From an uncultured Acidimicrobiia bacterium (lineage in GTDB: Bacteria > Actinomycetota > Acidimicrobiia > IMCC26256 > JAENVU01), in the NCBI GenBank assembly GCA_963701625.1, contig CAVPAT010000013.1, forward strand, positions 611,215 to 675,214: a DNA stretch of 64,000 nucleotides, read 5' to 3'. The translations under genes were made by a program, and so were the position numbers. The notes beneath the pieces were generated by a model. It had not been told where the DNA came from. It did no database searches and saw only the letters and a list, made by a program, of their open reading frames with translations. This document shows, piece after piece, positions 20,335-30,342 of the stretch (positions are counted from its first letter, which is position 1; the number at the start of each line of letters is the position of its first letter).

Positions 20335-22684
20335 ATGACTCCCGGCCCGGGCGACCCGACTCCCGATCCCCCGGACGCGATCCAGTCGCTCGCCGCGATC
20401 GCGGCCGACCCGGTGATGTTCGAACGCGCGGTCCACCAGCAGGTGATCCCCGCCCGGAAGGCGCGTACCCGGGCACTCGAGAACCCGCTCCACGAGGATG
20501 TGGGCGCTCGCCTCATCAGCCGAGGAATCGACGAGCTCTACTGCCACCAGGCCAAGGCCGTCGATGCCACTCCGGTCCGGTCAGCACGTCGTCGTCGCGA
20601 CCGGGACCGCATCGGGCAAGTCGCTCTGCTACCAGCTCCCCATCATCGACGCTGCGGTACGGGGCAGCTCGGACACCACACTCGCGCTCTTCCCGACAAA
20701 GGCGCTCGCGCAGGACCAGCTGCGATCGCTCCGGAGCTGGCTGGTGCCCGGCCTCCAGGCCGTCACCTACGACGGCGACACGCCGCCGGATGACCGCACC
20801 TGGGCCCGTTCCCACGCGACCGTGCTGCTCACGAACCCGGAGATGGTCCATCAGGGCTTGCTCCCGTACCACCAGCGGTGGTCCACATTCCTCATGCGCC
20901 TTCGGTACGTCGTGATCGACGAACTGCATGCGACCCGCGGGATCTTCGGCAGCCATCTGGCCAACGTGATCCGCCGGCTGCGAAGGATCTGCGCCCACTA
21001 CGGGTCTTCACCCACGTTCTGCTGCGCAAGCGCCACGATCGGGAACCCGGCGGCGCTCGCGTCGACCATGATCGGCACGCCGGTCTCGCTGATCGACGAT
21101 GACGGATCGCCGCAGTCCGAGCGCGGCTTCGCGTTCTGGCAACGGCCACTCATCGATGCCGAAACCGGTGCCCGCGCCTCGGCCAATGTCGAAACCGCCG
21201 AACTCCTGGCGCGGTTCGTCGCGTCCGGTCACCCGACCCTCGCCTTCACCCGCAGCCGCCGCGGCGCCGAACTCGTCGCAGGTCACGCGCGCCGGATCGT
21301 CGGGAGTCTCCGGCCGGACGCCGCCGACCGGATCGCCGCCTACCGGTCGGGCTACCTCCCCGCCGAACGGCGGGCGCTGGAACGTCAACTGACGTCAGGA
21401 GAACTGCTCGGCGTCGCCGCGACCAACGCGCTCGAGCTGGGAATCGACGTCGGCGGCCTCGACGCAGTCGTGGTCAACGGATTTCCCGGCACCCTCGCCT
21501 CGCTCCGCCAGCAAATGGGCCGGGCCGGCCGCGGCACCCGGCGCGCCGCCGCGGTGCTGGTCGCCGGCGACGACCAGCTCGATCAGTGGTACGCCACCCA
21601 CCCCGAGGAACTCTTCACCCGCGCCGCCGAGTCGGCGGTGGTGAACCCCCAGAACCCGTTCGTACTCGAACCGCATGTGGGTTGCGCGGCTCATGAACTT
21701 CCGCTGACGCCCGACGACGATGACTGGTTCGGCCCCGGTCTCGACGATGCCGTGCTCGCACTCGTGCAGTCCGATCTGCTGCGGCCGCGTGGCGGCAAGA
21801 TGTACTGGGCCGGCCGACAGCCCCCGGCACCCGCGGTCGGGCTTCGCACCGGCACGAGCGCCGAGTTCACGCTGGTTGATCGGGACGAGCAGCGCGAGAT
21901 CGGAACCGTCGACGGTGCCCGCATCTTCTCGGTCGCCCATCCCGGCGCGATGTATCTCCATCAGGGACGGCAGTGGCGAGTCGTGGAGTTGGACGTCGAC
22001 GCGCGTGAGGCGAGACTCATCGCGGCCGAGGATGCCGACGAGTACACGCAACCGCGCGAGGACACCGAGATCGAGATCAACGCGATCGAAGACTCCCAGG
22101 TCTGCGGGGCCGGTCGGGTCCAGCTCGGCACCGTCGAGGTCACGAACCAGGTCGTCGCCTATCAGCGCCGGCGCGCGTCCACCAACGAGGCCATCGAAAC
22201 CGTGCCGCTCGACGTCCCGCCTCGAACACTGATCACGCAAGCACTGTGGTTCACCATTGCGGCGGAGGTACTCGGGACCGCCGGCATCGCGCCGCCGCAG
22301 ATCCTGGGCGCCGTTCATGCCGCCGAGCATGCGCTGATCGGGATGCTCCCCTTGTTCGCGATCTGTGATCGCTGGGATGTGGGTGGCGTGTCGATGGCGA
22401 TCCACCCAGCAACCGGAGTCCCGACGATCTTCATCTACGACGGATACCCGGGCGGCGCGGGCATCGCCAACCTCGCGTTCGCCGACCCGGCGTCGCACGT
22501 CCGATCGACCCGAGAACTCGTGGCGGCCTGTCCGTGTGCGAGCGGATGCCCATCCTGTGTCCAGTCACCAAAGTGCGGGAACTGGAACGAATACCTCGAC
22601 AAAGAGGCGGCACGGCGTCTGCTCGGCGCCTTCGACGCGCGCGGTGTCAGAGCGGGCGAGCGGGACTCCCGGGTGGCACGCTGA
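20335..22684 (+). CDS. DEAD/DEAH-box helicase with C-terminal MrfA-type Zn-finger domain (Rv3649-like), apparent frameshift
   Basis: LYCHQAKAVDA, then a switch at about 20568 to SGQHVVVATGTASGKSLCYQLP (Walker A), VVIDELH (motif II), and a C-terminal CPCASGCPSCVQSPKCGNWN cluster. Confidence 0.85.
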
Positions 22685-23402
22685 GCGTGAAGGAGGCGGT
22701 CGCGAACGGTGGCGCCGCGCCGAACGCCTGTATCGACACCTCATGCGGAGCGTCGTCGCAAGGGAACGGCAATCGCTTCACACCCCGGCGGCCCGAGGAA
22801 CTCGCGACCGGCGCTCCGTCGACCAGGAACGAAACACTCGACGCGTCACGAACGCGCCAGTTCACCTCGACACCCTCGCCGATGAAGTCCGTGCGGCATC
22901 GCGCGGGCTGGACGGGCTCGAAGGTCACGATCGCAGCCGGCGTCGAGTCCTCGGGGATGACCACGTCGAGTTCCGGGCAGTCCGAGACCGCGCCGCTCGG
23001 GAGCAAGGTCTCGCAATAGCGCGTGCCGTCACGGTTGGAACCCCGCCACTGCGAGCCGGTCAGGGTGGCTTGGAACAGGATCGCCGAGGAGAGGTTGGCC
23101 CCACGCAGATCGACGCCGGTGAGGTTCGCCCGGCTCAGGTTCGCGCCGGAAAAGTCGACGTTCCGAAGGTTGGCGTGGCCGAAATCGACGCCCTTCAAGT
23201 TGGCCCGGGCGAAATTGGCACCGTGGAGGTCGCTTTGTGGCGCACTCACCGCCGCGAGATCCGCGTCGGGACACTGCGTCCCGGGTTCGAAGACGCACTC
23301 TCCGAACCGATTGCTGAAGCCGGGGTCCGGACTCGAGCACGCCACCAGACCGAAGGCAACGAGGCCAACGACCAACGCGGTGGCAACCATGGATCGGAGC
23401 AC
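22647..23402 (-). CDS. pentapeptide-repeat lipoprotein
   Basis: Signal peptide with lipobox LVACS. About 12 tandem pentapeptide repeats (ANFARANLKGVDFGHANLRNVDFSGANLSRANLTGVDLRGANLSSA). Its 3' end overlaps the convergent helicase gene by 38 nt. Confidence 0.85.
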   Translation of the reverse strand: MLRSMVATALVVGLVAFGLVACSSPDPGFSNRFGECVFEPGTQCPDADLAAVSAPQSDLHGANFARANLKGVDFGHANLRNVDFSGANLSRANLTGVDLRGANLSSAILFQATLTGSQWRGSNRDGTRYCETLLPSGAVSDCPELDVVIPEDSTPAAIVTFEPVQPARCRTDFIGEGVEVNWRVRDASSVSFLVDGAPVASSSGRRGVKRLPFPCDDAPHEVSIQAFGAAPPFATASFTLSVPPGSPARPL

Positions 23403-23447
23403 CGCCCGACGGTAGCAACTGCCCCGGCCCCAACCCGCGCGTGGATC

Positions 23448-23801
23448 TCAGTCGGGACACCCTTCGAAACCGCAGACGATGCGTAATTCGGCCCGGGCAC
23501 GGCCTCGGGCGCTGCCGATCGCGACCGTCACCTCGGCCGAGGCGGGCAAGCAGTCACAGGCGACAAACTGGGCCCCGTTCTCCGCGGCGGCAACTCTCGC
23601 CGCAGTGATCGCCGCCCCCATGCCTTCATGACGGGCCAGCGCGTGCGTCGCCGCCAATGCGGCCGCGTCGGCCGCGGTATCTGCCTGCGCTGCACGGCTG
23701 GCGGCGACGCCGGCGCGAGCCACCTGGAGCAGGACCATCGCGGCGAACAGCACGGCGACCGTCATCAGGACGGTGACGCCGCCGTGCTCCGAGCGTGTCA
23801 C
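23448..23801 (-). CDS. TadE-like (Rv3654c-type) pilus/secretion-associated protein
   Basis: 117-aa ORF. One N-terminal TM segment (GGVTVLMTVAVLFAAMVLLQV) followed by an Ala-rich segment. It is the last gene of the Tad-like operon, with a 4-nt overlap with the upstream gene. Confidence 0.6.
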   Translation of the reverse strand: MTRSEHGGVTVLMTVAVLFAAMVLLQVARAGVAASRAAQADTAADAAALAATHALARHEGMGAAITAARVAAAENGAQFVACDCLPASAEVTVAIGSARGRARAELRIVCGFEGCPD

Positions 23802-24181
23802 CGTTCGGTCCGCATCGTCGCGGTCCCGACCAGTTCCGGATCGGGAAAGAGCGGTCCGACGAGCGGCAAATTCGTGTGGGATACAACGCTCACCCTCACC
23901 GTGATCGGGCCGCCCACCGCCGGCCTCGCTCCGACCTGGACCCGAGCGTCGCGCAGCACCCTGCGTGCCGCCCGGGCGGCCGCGTCGGCACCCCGATCAA
24001 CGCTGGCGGCCCGCGCTGCCTCCCGCGCCGCGTGGACCACGGCGACCTCGTCCCGCACCACGAGTGCCGTTTGCAGCACGGCGAGCATCAGGAAGACGAC
24101 CAACGGCAGTACGAGTGCGAACTCGACGGTCGCCTGCCCCAATTGGGGGCAGGCGGACCGCCGAGTGTGACCTCGCGTCAT
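23798..24181 (-). CDS. TadE family protein
   Basis: ATG at 24181 forms an ATGA overlap with the Flp gene stop. The N-terminus GQATVEFALVLPLVVFLMLAVLQ is the TadE/TadG-type hydrophobic motif. Confidence 0.7.
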   Translation of the reverse strand: MTRGHTRRSACPQLGQATVEFALVLPLVVFLMLAVLQTALVVRDEVAVVHAAREAARAASVDRGADAAARAARRVLRDARVQVGARPAVGGPITVRVSVVSHTNLPLVGPLFPDPELVGTATMRTER

Positions 24182-24402
24182 CCGGGAAGGATCTTGCCGA
24201 CGACGACATCGAACAACTTGGCAATGGCACTGCTCTTCGTTGCCCAGGTGATGAGGAGGCCGCCGATTGCAGCCGCCCCGAGGATGACCAGTGCGTACTC
24301 CGCTGTGGTCTGACCAGCTTCGGTCACCACGGCCCGGGCGGCGTCGACACGAGACCGCACGGCATTCCAACAAAGACGCATCATGAGATCCACTCCATTC
24401 AT
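24178..24402 (-). CDS. Flp-type pilin-like small protein (DUF4244-like)
   Basis: 74-aa ORF with EAGQTTAEYALVILGAAAIGGLLI (Flp G/TAEY motif plus hydrophobic helix). The true start may be an internal Met at about 24384. Confidence 0.65.
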   Translation of the reverse strand: MNGVDLMMRLCWNAVRSRVDAARAVVTEAGQTTAEYALVILGAAAIGGLLITWATKSSAIAKLFDVVVGKILPG

Positions 24403-24437
24403 TCACAGATCAAGAGGGGGAAGGCAGGGGTTCGCCG

Positions 24438-25086
24438 TCAAAGGCGGGCGAACGCCGAGAGGAGCGAGGGCACGACGGTCAGAAGACCGAAGGCCGGGAG
24501 CACGAGGAACACGAGGGGGAACAACAGCTTGACCGGCAACACGCGGGCACGAGCTTCCAAGTCCCGACGCTGCCGGGCCCGGGCCTCCTCGGCCAGGCGC
24601 ACGAGCGAACCGACCGTGGGTGCCCCCAGCCCGCGCGCCGGCGCCGAGCGCCTCCGCCATGTCGGCGAGCACCGGCACCGACGCGCCCATCGCGGCCAAG
24701 GCCTCGGAGAACGAACTCCCCAACCGCGTCGCCACCAACACGTCGCGCATCGGGACAGCAACCTCCGGAGGCGCCCACCGGGCCGATACCTCGAGCGCGG
24801 TCTGTGGCGGCGCGCCCGCGCCCGAGGCCACCGCGAGCAGATCCAACACCGCCGGGAGTTGGGCTCGGAGCGTCGCTTCAGCCCGGCGGTGGGCCCCGCG
24901 CCGGGACCAACCACCGATGACCCGACCGACGACTCCCCACTGCGGCCGACGACGAAGTCGAACCCGGGCAGGGGTGACAGCACGTACCCGAATCCGTGCG
25001 GGATCTCGTCGCGCCCGGCGGGCCAAGGGTGTACCGGCAAGACATCCCCAGGCCACGGCGATGACTACCGGCGCGGCGTCGATCAT
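24438..25086 (-). CDS. type II secretion F-family / TadC-like membrane protein (apparent frameshift)
   Basis: MIDAAPVVIAVAWG...LPAVLDLLAVASGAGAPPQTALE...LADMAEALGAGAR comes from the ORF 24403..25905 frame. GAPTVGSLVRLAEEARARQRRDLEARARVLPVKLLFPLVFLVLPAF comes from ORF 24438..25040. The switch is at about 24620-24640. Confidence 0.7.
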
Positions 25087-25943
25087 CGTCGGGCCCCGAC
25101 CAACCGGTACATCCACCAACCAGCGAGCGTCTCGAGCCCGAGCCCGGTCACCAGGCACACACGCCCGATCGTCGTGCCGACCAGCACCCGGGCTGACTCG
25201 GGATCCGTCATCGTCGAAAACCCCAGGTATGCGATCGGAGCACCCCCGACGACCAGCGCCGACATCCGTGCCTGGGCCGTCGCCGAGTACGCCTCGGCCG
25301 CAACGGCTTCGTCGTCTCGCAGCGAGCACGCCAGACCTTCCAGCGGCTGCACCGCGGTCCCACCCACCTCCGACACCAGTGTCAAGGCCCCGGCGACCGC
25401 ACGCACGCTCGGCAGGGGCCGCTCGGCTCCCCACTCGGCCAGCGATTGACCGATGGCGGTGCCGAGTTCCAGCCGGTTCCGAATGCGGCGGAAGTCGTTG
25501 GCGAGCGCGCCGGATCCATCCGCCAACCCCAGCACCCCGTCGACGACCGTTCCGCCGGCCCGGAGTTGCGCGATCACATGGTCGAGCGCCGCCGGCAGCG
25601 CCTGGCCGGCCGCTTGATCGGCGCGGCCGGCTCGAAGCCGCAGCCAAACGGGGCCGGCCAGCACCCCGACGATCCCGACCGGTAGGGCCAACGGCGGCAC
25701 GACGACCCAAGAGAACCAAACGAGGCCACCGACGCCCCCGAGCCACCACCGCAGGGCGTCCTCCGGGGCCAGCGCCACGGCGCCACGTCGGAGCGCCGAC
25801 TCGATCGGTGTCCGGAGCCGAGTCGGCAGGTGCCGTCGGGCGACCTGCAACCCTCGCGCCCGCACGCGAGCATCCACGCGAGACGCCGCGCGGCCGAGGC
25901 GCCACGCGACGCCGACCCCCATCACCACCATGAGGACGATCAT
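25083..25943 (-). CDS. type II secretion F-family / TadB-like membrane protein
   Basis: Starts MIVLMVVMGVGVAW at ATG 25943, with an ATGA overlap with the reconstructed ATPase stop. Runs to the stop at 25083. It is the C-terminal 286 aa of ORF 25083..27383. Confidence 0.7.
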   Translation of the reverse strand: MIVLMVVMGVGVAWRLGRAASRVDARVRARGLQVARRHLPTRLRTPIESALRRGAVALAPEDALRWWLGGVGGLVWFSWVVVPPLALPVGIVGVLAGPVWLRLRAGRADQAAGQALPAALDHVIAQLRAGGTVVDGVLGLADGSGALANDFRRIRNRLELGTAIGQSLAEWGAERPLPSVRAVAGALTLVSEVGGTAVQPLEGLACSLRDDEAVAAEAYSATAQARMSALVVGGAPIAYLGFSTMTDPESARVLVGTTIGRVCLVTGLGLETLAGWWMYRLVGARR

Positions 25944-27113
25944 CGGGCCCGCCAGGTGCGGCCGCGACCCGGCGGACGCGTCGCCTCCCAAACCTGTCCG
26001 GTGTGAAGCAGTAGTGGCTCGACGGCGAACTGGCCCGGCTGGTCCACCACCTCGACCACCGCGGCGATCCGCCAGCGCGCCGCCCGCGGCGCGCTCGACC
26101 TGGATCACAACGTCGACCGAAGAGCGGATCTGATCGCAGATCGCCTCGTGGGGAAGCCCGGTCCCCCCGAAGAGCGCGAGCGTCGCGAGCCGGCGGAGCG
26201 CATCGAGCGGTGCGTTCGCGTGCACCGTCGAAACCGATCCGTCATGGCCCGTGTTCAGCGCCTGGAGGAGGTCCAGGGCCTCGGCGCCGCGCACCTCACC
26301 CACGACGAGTCGGTCGGGACGCATTCGCAGCGCGGCCCGGACGAGATCGCGCACCGAGACCGCACCCGAGCCCTCCGCGTTGGCGGGACGGGCCTCGAGC
26401 CGCACGACGTGCGGCTGGGGCAACTGCAACTCGGCCGTCTCCTCGATGGTGACCACCCGATCGCTCGGCGCGATGTAGCCGGCCAGGGCGTTGAGCAGCG
26501 TCGTCTTGCCCGAACCGGTCCCACCCGAGATCACGATGTTCACGCCGGCGTGTACCAGGCCACCGACCACCCTCTCGGCCACCGCGTCCGCACCGAAGTC
26601 CTCCAGCCCGAGCCGTTGCTTCCCGAAGCGGCGGATCGTCAGGCAGGGCCCGTCGATGGCCAAAGGGGGAATCACTGCGTGCAATCGAGACCCGTCCGGC
26701 AGACGGGCGTCCACCATGGGTGACGACCGGTCCAACCGGAGCGCCAACGGAGCGAGGATCCGATCGACGACCCGCAGAATCCCGGCCTCGTCGAGATGGA
26801 GCGGCACCCGTTCGAGACAGCCTGCGCGCTCGACGAAGCAGCGGTCGGGACCATTCACCATGATCTCGTCGATGGTTGGGTCCAGCAGCAACGGCTCGAG
26901 GGCGCCGAGCCCGACGACGTCGTCGAGGACGGCTGCGACGAGCCGCGCCCGATCCTCCAACGCGAGGAGGGGACGCTCGAGGTCGACCAAGCCGCCGATC
27001 CGGGTGCGCAACTCCTCGGGGGTCGCGTGCACGAGGGCATCAGCACCATCGGCTGCGAGCAGGCGACGATGGATCGCGGACCGGAGATCCCGGTCGATGC
27101 CGGCCATGTTCAC
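25940..27113 (-). CDS. CpaF/TadA-like secretion ATPase (apparent frameshift near the 3' end)
   Basis: IVISGGTGSGKTTLLNAL Walker A, RPDRLVVGEVRG, and the GHDGSVSTVHAN His-box. After about 26075-26085 the conserved tail (RIAAVVEVVDQPGQFAVEPLL...) is in another frame, ending at TGA 25940-25942. GTG at 27113 overlaps the CpaE stop (GTGA). Confidence 0.85.
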
Positions 27114-27814
27114 GCCGCGGCCCCCCGATGCGCCAACCCGAGTTCTCGGAGCACCTGGGCGGATGCCCGCTCGAGCGGCTCGGGAAGCCGGGTCGGTAGA
27201 ACCCCGGCGTCGACCGATCGCGCCACCGCGGCTCGCCAGGGAACCCGGGCCAGCACCGGGCGCCCGAGCACCTGGGCAATGTCGCTGGGACCCAACGATC
27301 GGCCTGGTTCCTGGACCACGACGATCCCGAACGCCCGGGCGGTCAGCACCGACGCCGCGGCGCGTCGCAAGGCGAGGTAGCACTCGCGCACGATGACGAT
27401 CGCCATGTCGGACACCTCGACGAGCGCCCGCGTCACCGCAGTGTCCGGGACCCCGGCGTCCACGACGGTCAGCGGACCGTCACGAAGCACGACCCCGAGT
27501 GCCGCGCCCGCTTCGGCCGCGGCGGCCGGTTCGAGGACACCGGGAACCCGACCGCGTGGAATCAGTGACAGACCCTGATCGATCGCCACCGCGAGCCGGT
27601 CGAGGGCGTCCGTCGGAGCCGTTGGACCGGCAGCCAACCAATCCCCGACTCCGGCATCGGGATCGGCACCGAGCCCGAGGACGGCAGGGAGGTCCCCCCG
27701 CAGGTCCACGAGCCGAACCGGATCCTGTGGACACGACGCGTGGAGCGCGATGGCGGCGGCGAGGACGGAGGTTCCGGAACCGCCCTTGGGCGACCAGAGG
27801 GTGACGAGGGACAT
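27110..27814 (-). CDS. CpaE/Ssd-like ParA/MinD-family ATPase (deviant Walker A)
   Basis: 234-aa ORF starting MSLVTLWSPKGGSGTSVLAAAIA. It is the first gene of the Tad-like operon. Confidence 0.75.
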   Translation of the reverse strand: MSLVTLWSPKGGSGTSVLAAAIALHASCPQDPVRLVDLRGDLPAVLGLGADPDAGVGDWLAAGPTAPTDALDRLAVAIDQGLSLIPRGRVPGVLEPAAAAEAGAALGVVLRDGPLTVVDAGVPDTAVTRALVEVSDMAIVIVRECYLALRRAAASVLTARAFGIVVVQEPGRSLGPSDIAQVLGRPVLARVPWRAAVARSVDAGVLPTRLPEPLERASAQVLRELGLAHRGAAA

Positions 27815-27981
27815 GGTCCGCTCCCGGAGTGCAGCGCGCTCGAAGCGCGACGAGGCAAGGGGTCCGGGAAGTGGACGGGGGAAGTGCCGACACTGTGACG
27901 TACCGGACGAAACCTGTCAAGAGGGATTGTCACGCGGGGTCCGGGTCGGCGACCGAACCAAGCCCGTAGTCTCTCGACGCG

Positions 27982-28776
27982 ATGAACTCGGCGGCCTTCT
28001 TCGACCTCGACAAGACGATCATCGCGAAGAGCTCGGTGCTCGCGTTCGGCAAGCCGTTCTACCGCGAGGGGCTGCTCTCGAAGCGGGCGATCGTCAAAAG
28101 CATGTACGCCCAGATCGTGTACATGCTCGTCGGCGCGGACGAAGAGAAGATGGAAGAGGTCCGCGAGGCGATGTTGTCGCTGACGAAGGGCTGGCAGCAG
28201 GACCACGTTGCCGCCATCGTCGCCGAGACCCTCGACGACGTCATCTCTCCCATCGTGTTCGCCGAGGCGCTCGAGCTGTTCGACGAGCACCGCGCCGCAG
28301 GGCGGGCAGTCGTCATCGTCTCGTCGTCACCCATCGAAGTCGTTCGCCCGCTCGGCGCGTACCTCGGGGCGGACGAAGTGATCGCGACGCGGGCCCGGAT
28401 CGACGAGAACGGCGCCTACTCGGGTGAGTTGGAGTTCTACGCGTACGGCGAACACAAGGAAACCGCGATGCGGGAGTACGCAGCTGAGCAAGGTGTCGAC
28501 CTCGACCAGTCGTTCGCCTACTCGGACTCGATCACCGACGTGCCGATGCTGTCCTGTGTCGGCCACCCCGTGGCGGTGAACCCCGACAAGGACCTGGCGA
28601 ACGAGGCTTCCGAACGCGGCTGGGAGGTGCGCCGCTTCGCTCGGCCGGTCCGGCTGCGCGACCGGGTTCACGTACCCCCGAAAGGCGCAACGATCACCGC
28701 GGGAACGATGGTGGCGGTCGGTGCCGCCGCCGCCGGCGTCTACGCCTGGTGGCGGCGGCACGCCACGCAGAGCTGA
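27982..28776 (+). CDS. HAD-IB family hydrolase (SerB-like, Rv3661-type) with C-terminal TM segment
   Basis: FFDLDKTII (motif I), VIVSSSP (motif II), YSDSITDVPML (motif IV). Confidence 0.85.
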   Translation: MNSAAFFDLDKTIIAKSSVLAFGKPFYREGLLSKRAIVKSMYAQIVYMLVGADEEKMEEVREAMLSLTKGWQQDHVAAIVAETLDDVISPIVFAEALELFDEHRAAGRAVVIVSSSPIEVVRPLGAYLGADEVIATRARIDENGAYSGELEFYAYGEHKETAMREYAAEQGVDLDQSFAYSDSITDVPMLSCVGHPVAVNPDKDLANEASERGWEVRRFARPVRLRDRVHVPPKGATITAGTMVAVGAAAAGVYAWWRRHATQS

Positions 28777-28798
28777 CCACGAGGTCCGGACGCGAGCC

Positions 28799-28822
28799 GA
28801 GCGGGCCATGGAAGGCCCGCTC
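28799..28822. terminator. GC-rich hairpin between convergent genes (candidate bidirectional terminator)
   Basis: Perfect 9-bp stem GAGCGGGCC / GGCCCGCTC with the 6-nt loop ATGGAA. It lies 23 nt after the HAD stop and 27 nt after the small minus-strand ORF. There is no U-tract. Confidence 0.4.
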
Positions 28823-28848
28823 GATCTCAACAACTTGTGGAACTCGGG

Positions 28849-28926
28849 TTATGCGTCGCCACGCACCTTGTACGCGACCGCTGCACCGAGGGCCAACACA
28901 ATCACGAGCAACAGGAGCTTCTTCAC
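28849..28926 (-). CDS. candidate 25-aa single-TM micro-protein
   Basis: GTG start preceded by GGAAAGGGA 6 nt upstream. It encodes VKKLLLLVIVLALGAAVAYKVRGDA. GC content is lower than the surroundings. No homology assessment was possible. Confidence 0.3.
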   Translation of the reverse strand: MKKLLLLVIVLALGAAVAYKVRGDA

Positions 28927-29038
28927 GGTGATCCCTTTCCGCCAGAGGGTGAACGTCGGAACCTTACCCGCGCCGTCCGGCACGCGTTCCCCTCGGCCCG
29001 CGGGCGGGTCGCAGACGGGCGCGTGACAGGATGGCTTC

Positions 29039-29132
29039 GGAGGTGAACGGGGTCTGGTGGCCCCCCTCGTCTTCAAAACGAGTGGGACGGGCGAACCCCG
29101 TCCGGTGGGTTCGATTCCTGCCACCTCCGCCA
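29039..29132 (+). tRNA. selC: tRNA-Sec (anticodon UCA)
   Basis: 94 nt, hand-folded. Anticodon loop CTTCAAA on a 5-bp stem. 6-bp D-stem GGGGTC/GGCCCC with the 4-nt loop TGGT, a Sec hallmark. 7-bp variable-arm stem GGACGGG/CCCGTCC. T-loop TTCGATT. Discriminator G plus CCA. The acceptor pairs only 7 bp as sequenced (A8 is opposite C). Confidence 0.85.
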
Positions 29133-29339
29133 CTCAACCTCCGCATCCCTTCCCCACGGGGCCGAAGGGAATGGCCGAGATTCCGAGGGACCCCGACGGA
29201 TTCCTCGACGACCCGCGAGAGATCGCGCTGACGGCTTCGACGCGGGCGTCGCTCCGGTTCCGGACGCATGAGGCGGTGGCCGGGTTGTCATCGGCGGCCA
29301 TAAGGTCGCCGGACACCCCCGATCAGGAGCGACAGCACC

Positions 29340-30323
29340 ATGGAGTACCGCCAGCTCGGCCGCACCGGCACCCGGGTCTCGGAGCTGTGCCTCGGCACGA
29401 TGACCTTCGGCAACGAGGCCGACGAGGCGACGAGCAAGGCAATCGTTGACCGGTTCGTCGATGCCGGTGGCAATTTCATCGACACCGCCAACGTCTACAG
29501 CCAGGGCGTCTCCGAGGAGATCACCGGGCGGGCGATCAAGGATCGGCGCGACGAGATCGTTCTTGCGACCAAAGCGCGCTTCGCGATGGGCGACGACACG
29601 AACGCAGTCGGTTCGTCGCGGCGTAACTTGCGCGCCGCATGCGAATCGTCGCTGCGGCGGCTCGGGACCGACTGGATCGACCTCTACCAAGTCCACATGT
29701 GGGACAACCGCACGCCGATCGAAGAGACGCTCTCGACGCTGAACGATCTCGTGCACGAGGGCAAGGTGCGGTACATCGGCGCGAGCAACTTCGCGGGCTG
29801 GCACCTCGCCAAGGCCCTCGGTGTGAGTGCTCTTCACGACTGGGAACCCTTCGTGTGCCTCCAACCCGAATACTCACTGGTGACGCGCGACGCGGAACGC
29901 GAGCTGATCCCGCTCTGTGAGAGCGAAGGCCTCGCCGTGATCCCGTGGAGTCCACTCGCCGGCGGGATCCTCACTGGCAAGTACTCCAAGGACCAGGAGT
30001 TCCCCGGCGGGACCCGTGGGGCGGACACCGAGAACCCCATCACGTTCACCTACCGCCTCGACGACCGTGCGTGGAACGTGGTCGACGCGGTGAAGGACGT
30101 CGCCGCGAAGACCGGGAAGACTGCGGCGCAGGTCGCCCTCAACTGGGTGCTGCACCGGCGCGGGATCACCGCCCCGATCATCGGTGCGCGCAACCTCACC
30201 CAGCTCGAGGACAACCTCGCCGCGACCGGATGGGAACTCGACGACGAGTCGCGGAAAGCGCTCAGCTGGGCCAGCGCGTTCCGGCTGGGATACCCGTACG
30301 AGTTCATCCAGTACGCCGGCTGA
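29340..30323 (+). CDS. aldo/keto reductase
   Basis: 327-aa [45 protein letters not shown] and [11 protein letters not shown] motifs. Confidence 0.9.
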   Translation: MEYRQLGRTGTRVSELCLGTMTFGNEADEATSKAIVDRFVDAGGNFIDTANVYSQGVSEEITGRAIKDRRDEIVLATKARFAMGDDTNAVGSSRRNLRAACESSLRRLGTDWIDLYQVHMWDNRTPIEETLSTLNDLVHEGKVRYIGASNFAGWHLAKALGVSALHDWEPFVCLQPEYSLVTRDAERELIPLCESEGLAVIPWSPLAGGILTGKYSKDQEFPGGTRGADTENPITFTYRLDDRAWNVVDAVKDVAAKTGKTAAQVALNWVLHRRGITAPIIGARNLTQLEDNLAATGWELDDESRKALSWASAFRLGYPYEFIQYAG

Positions 30324-30342
30324 GGATCAGGAGACGGACGTC

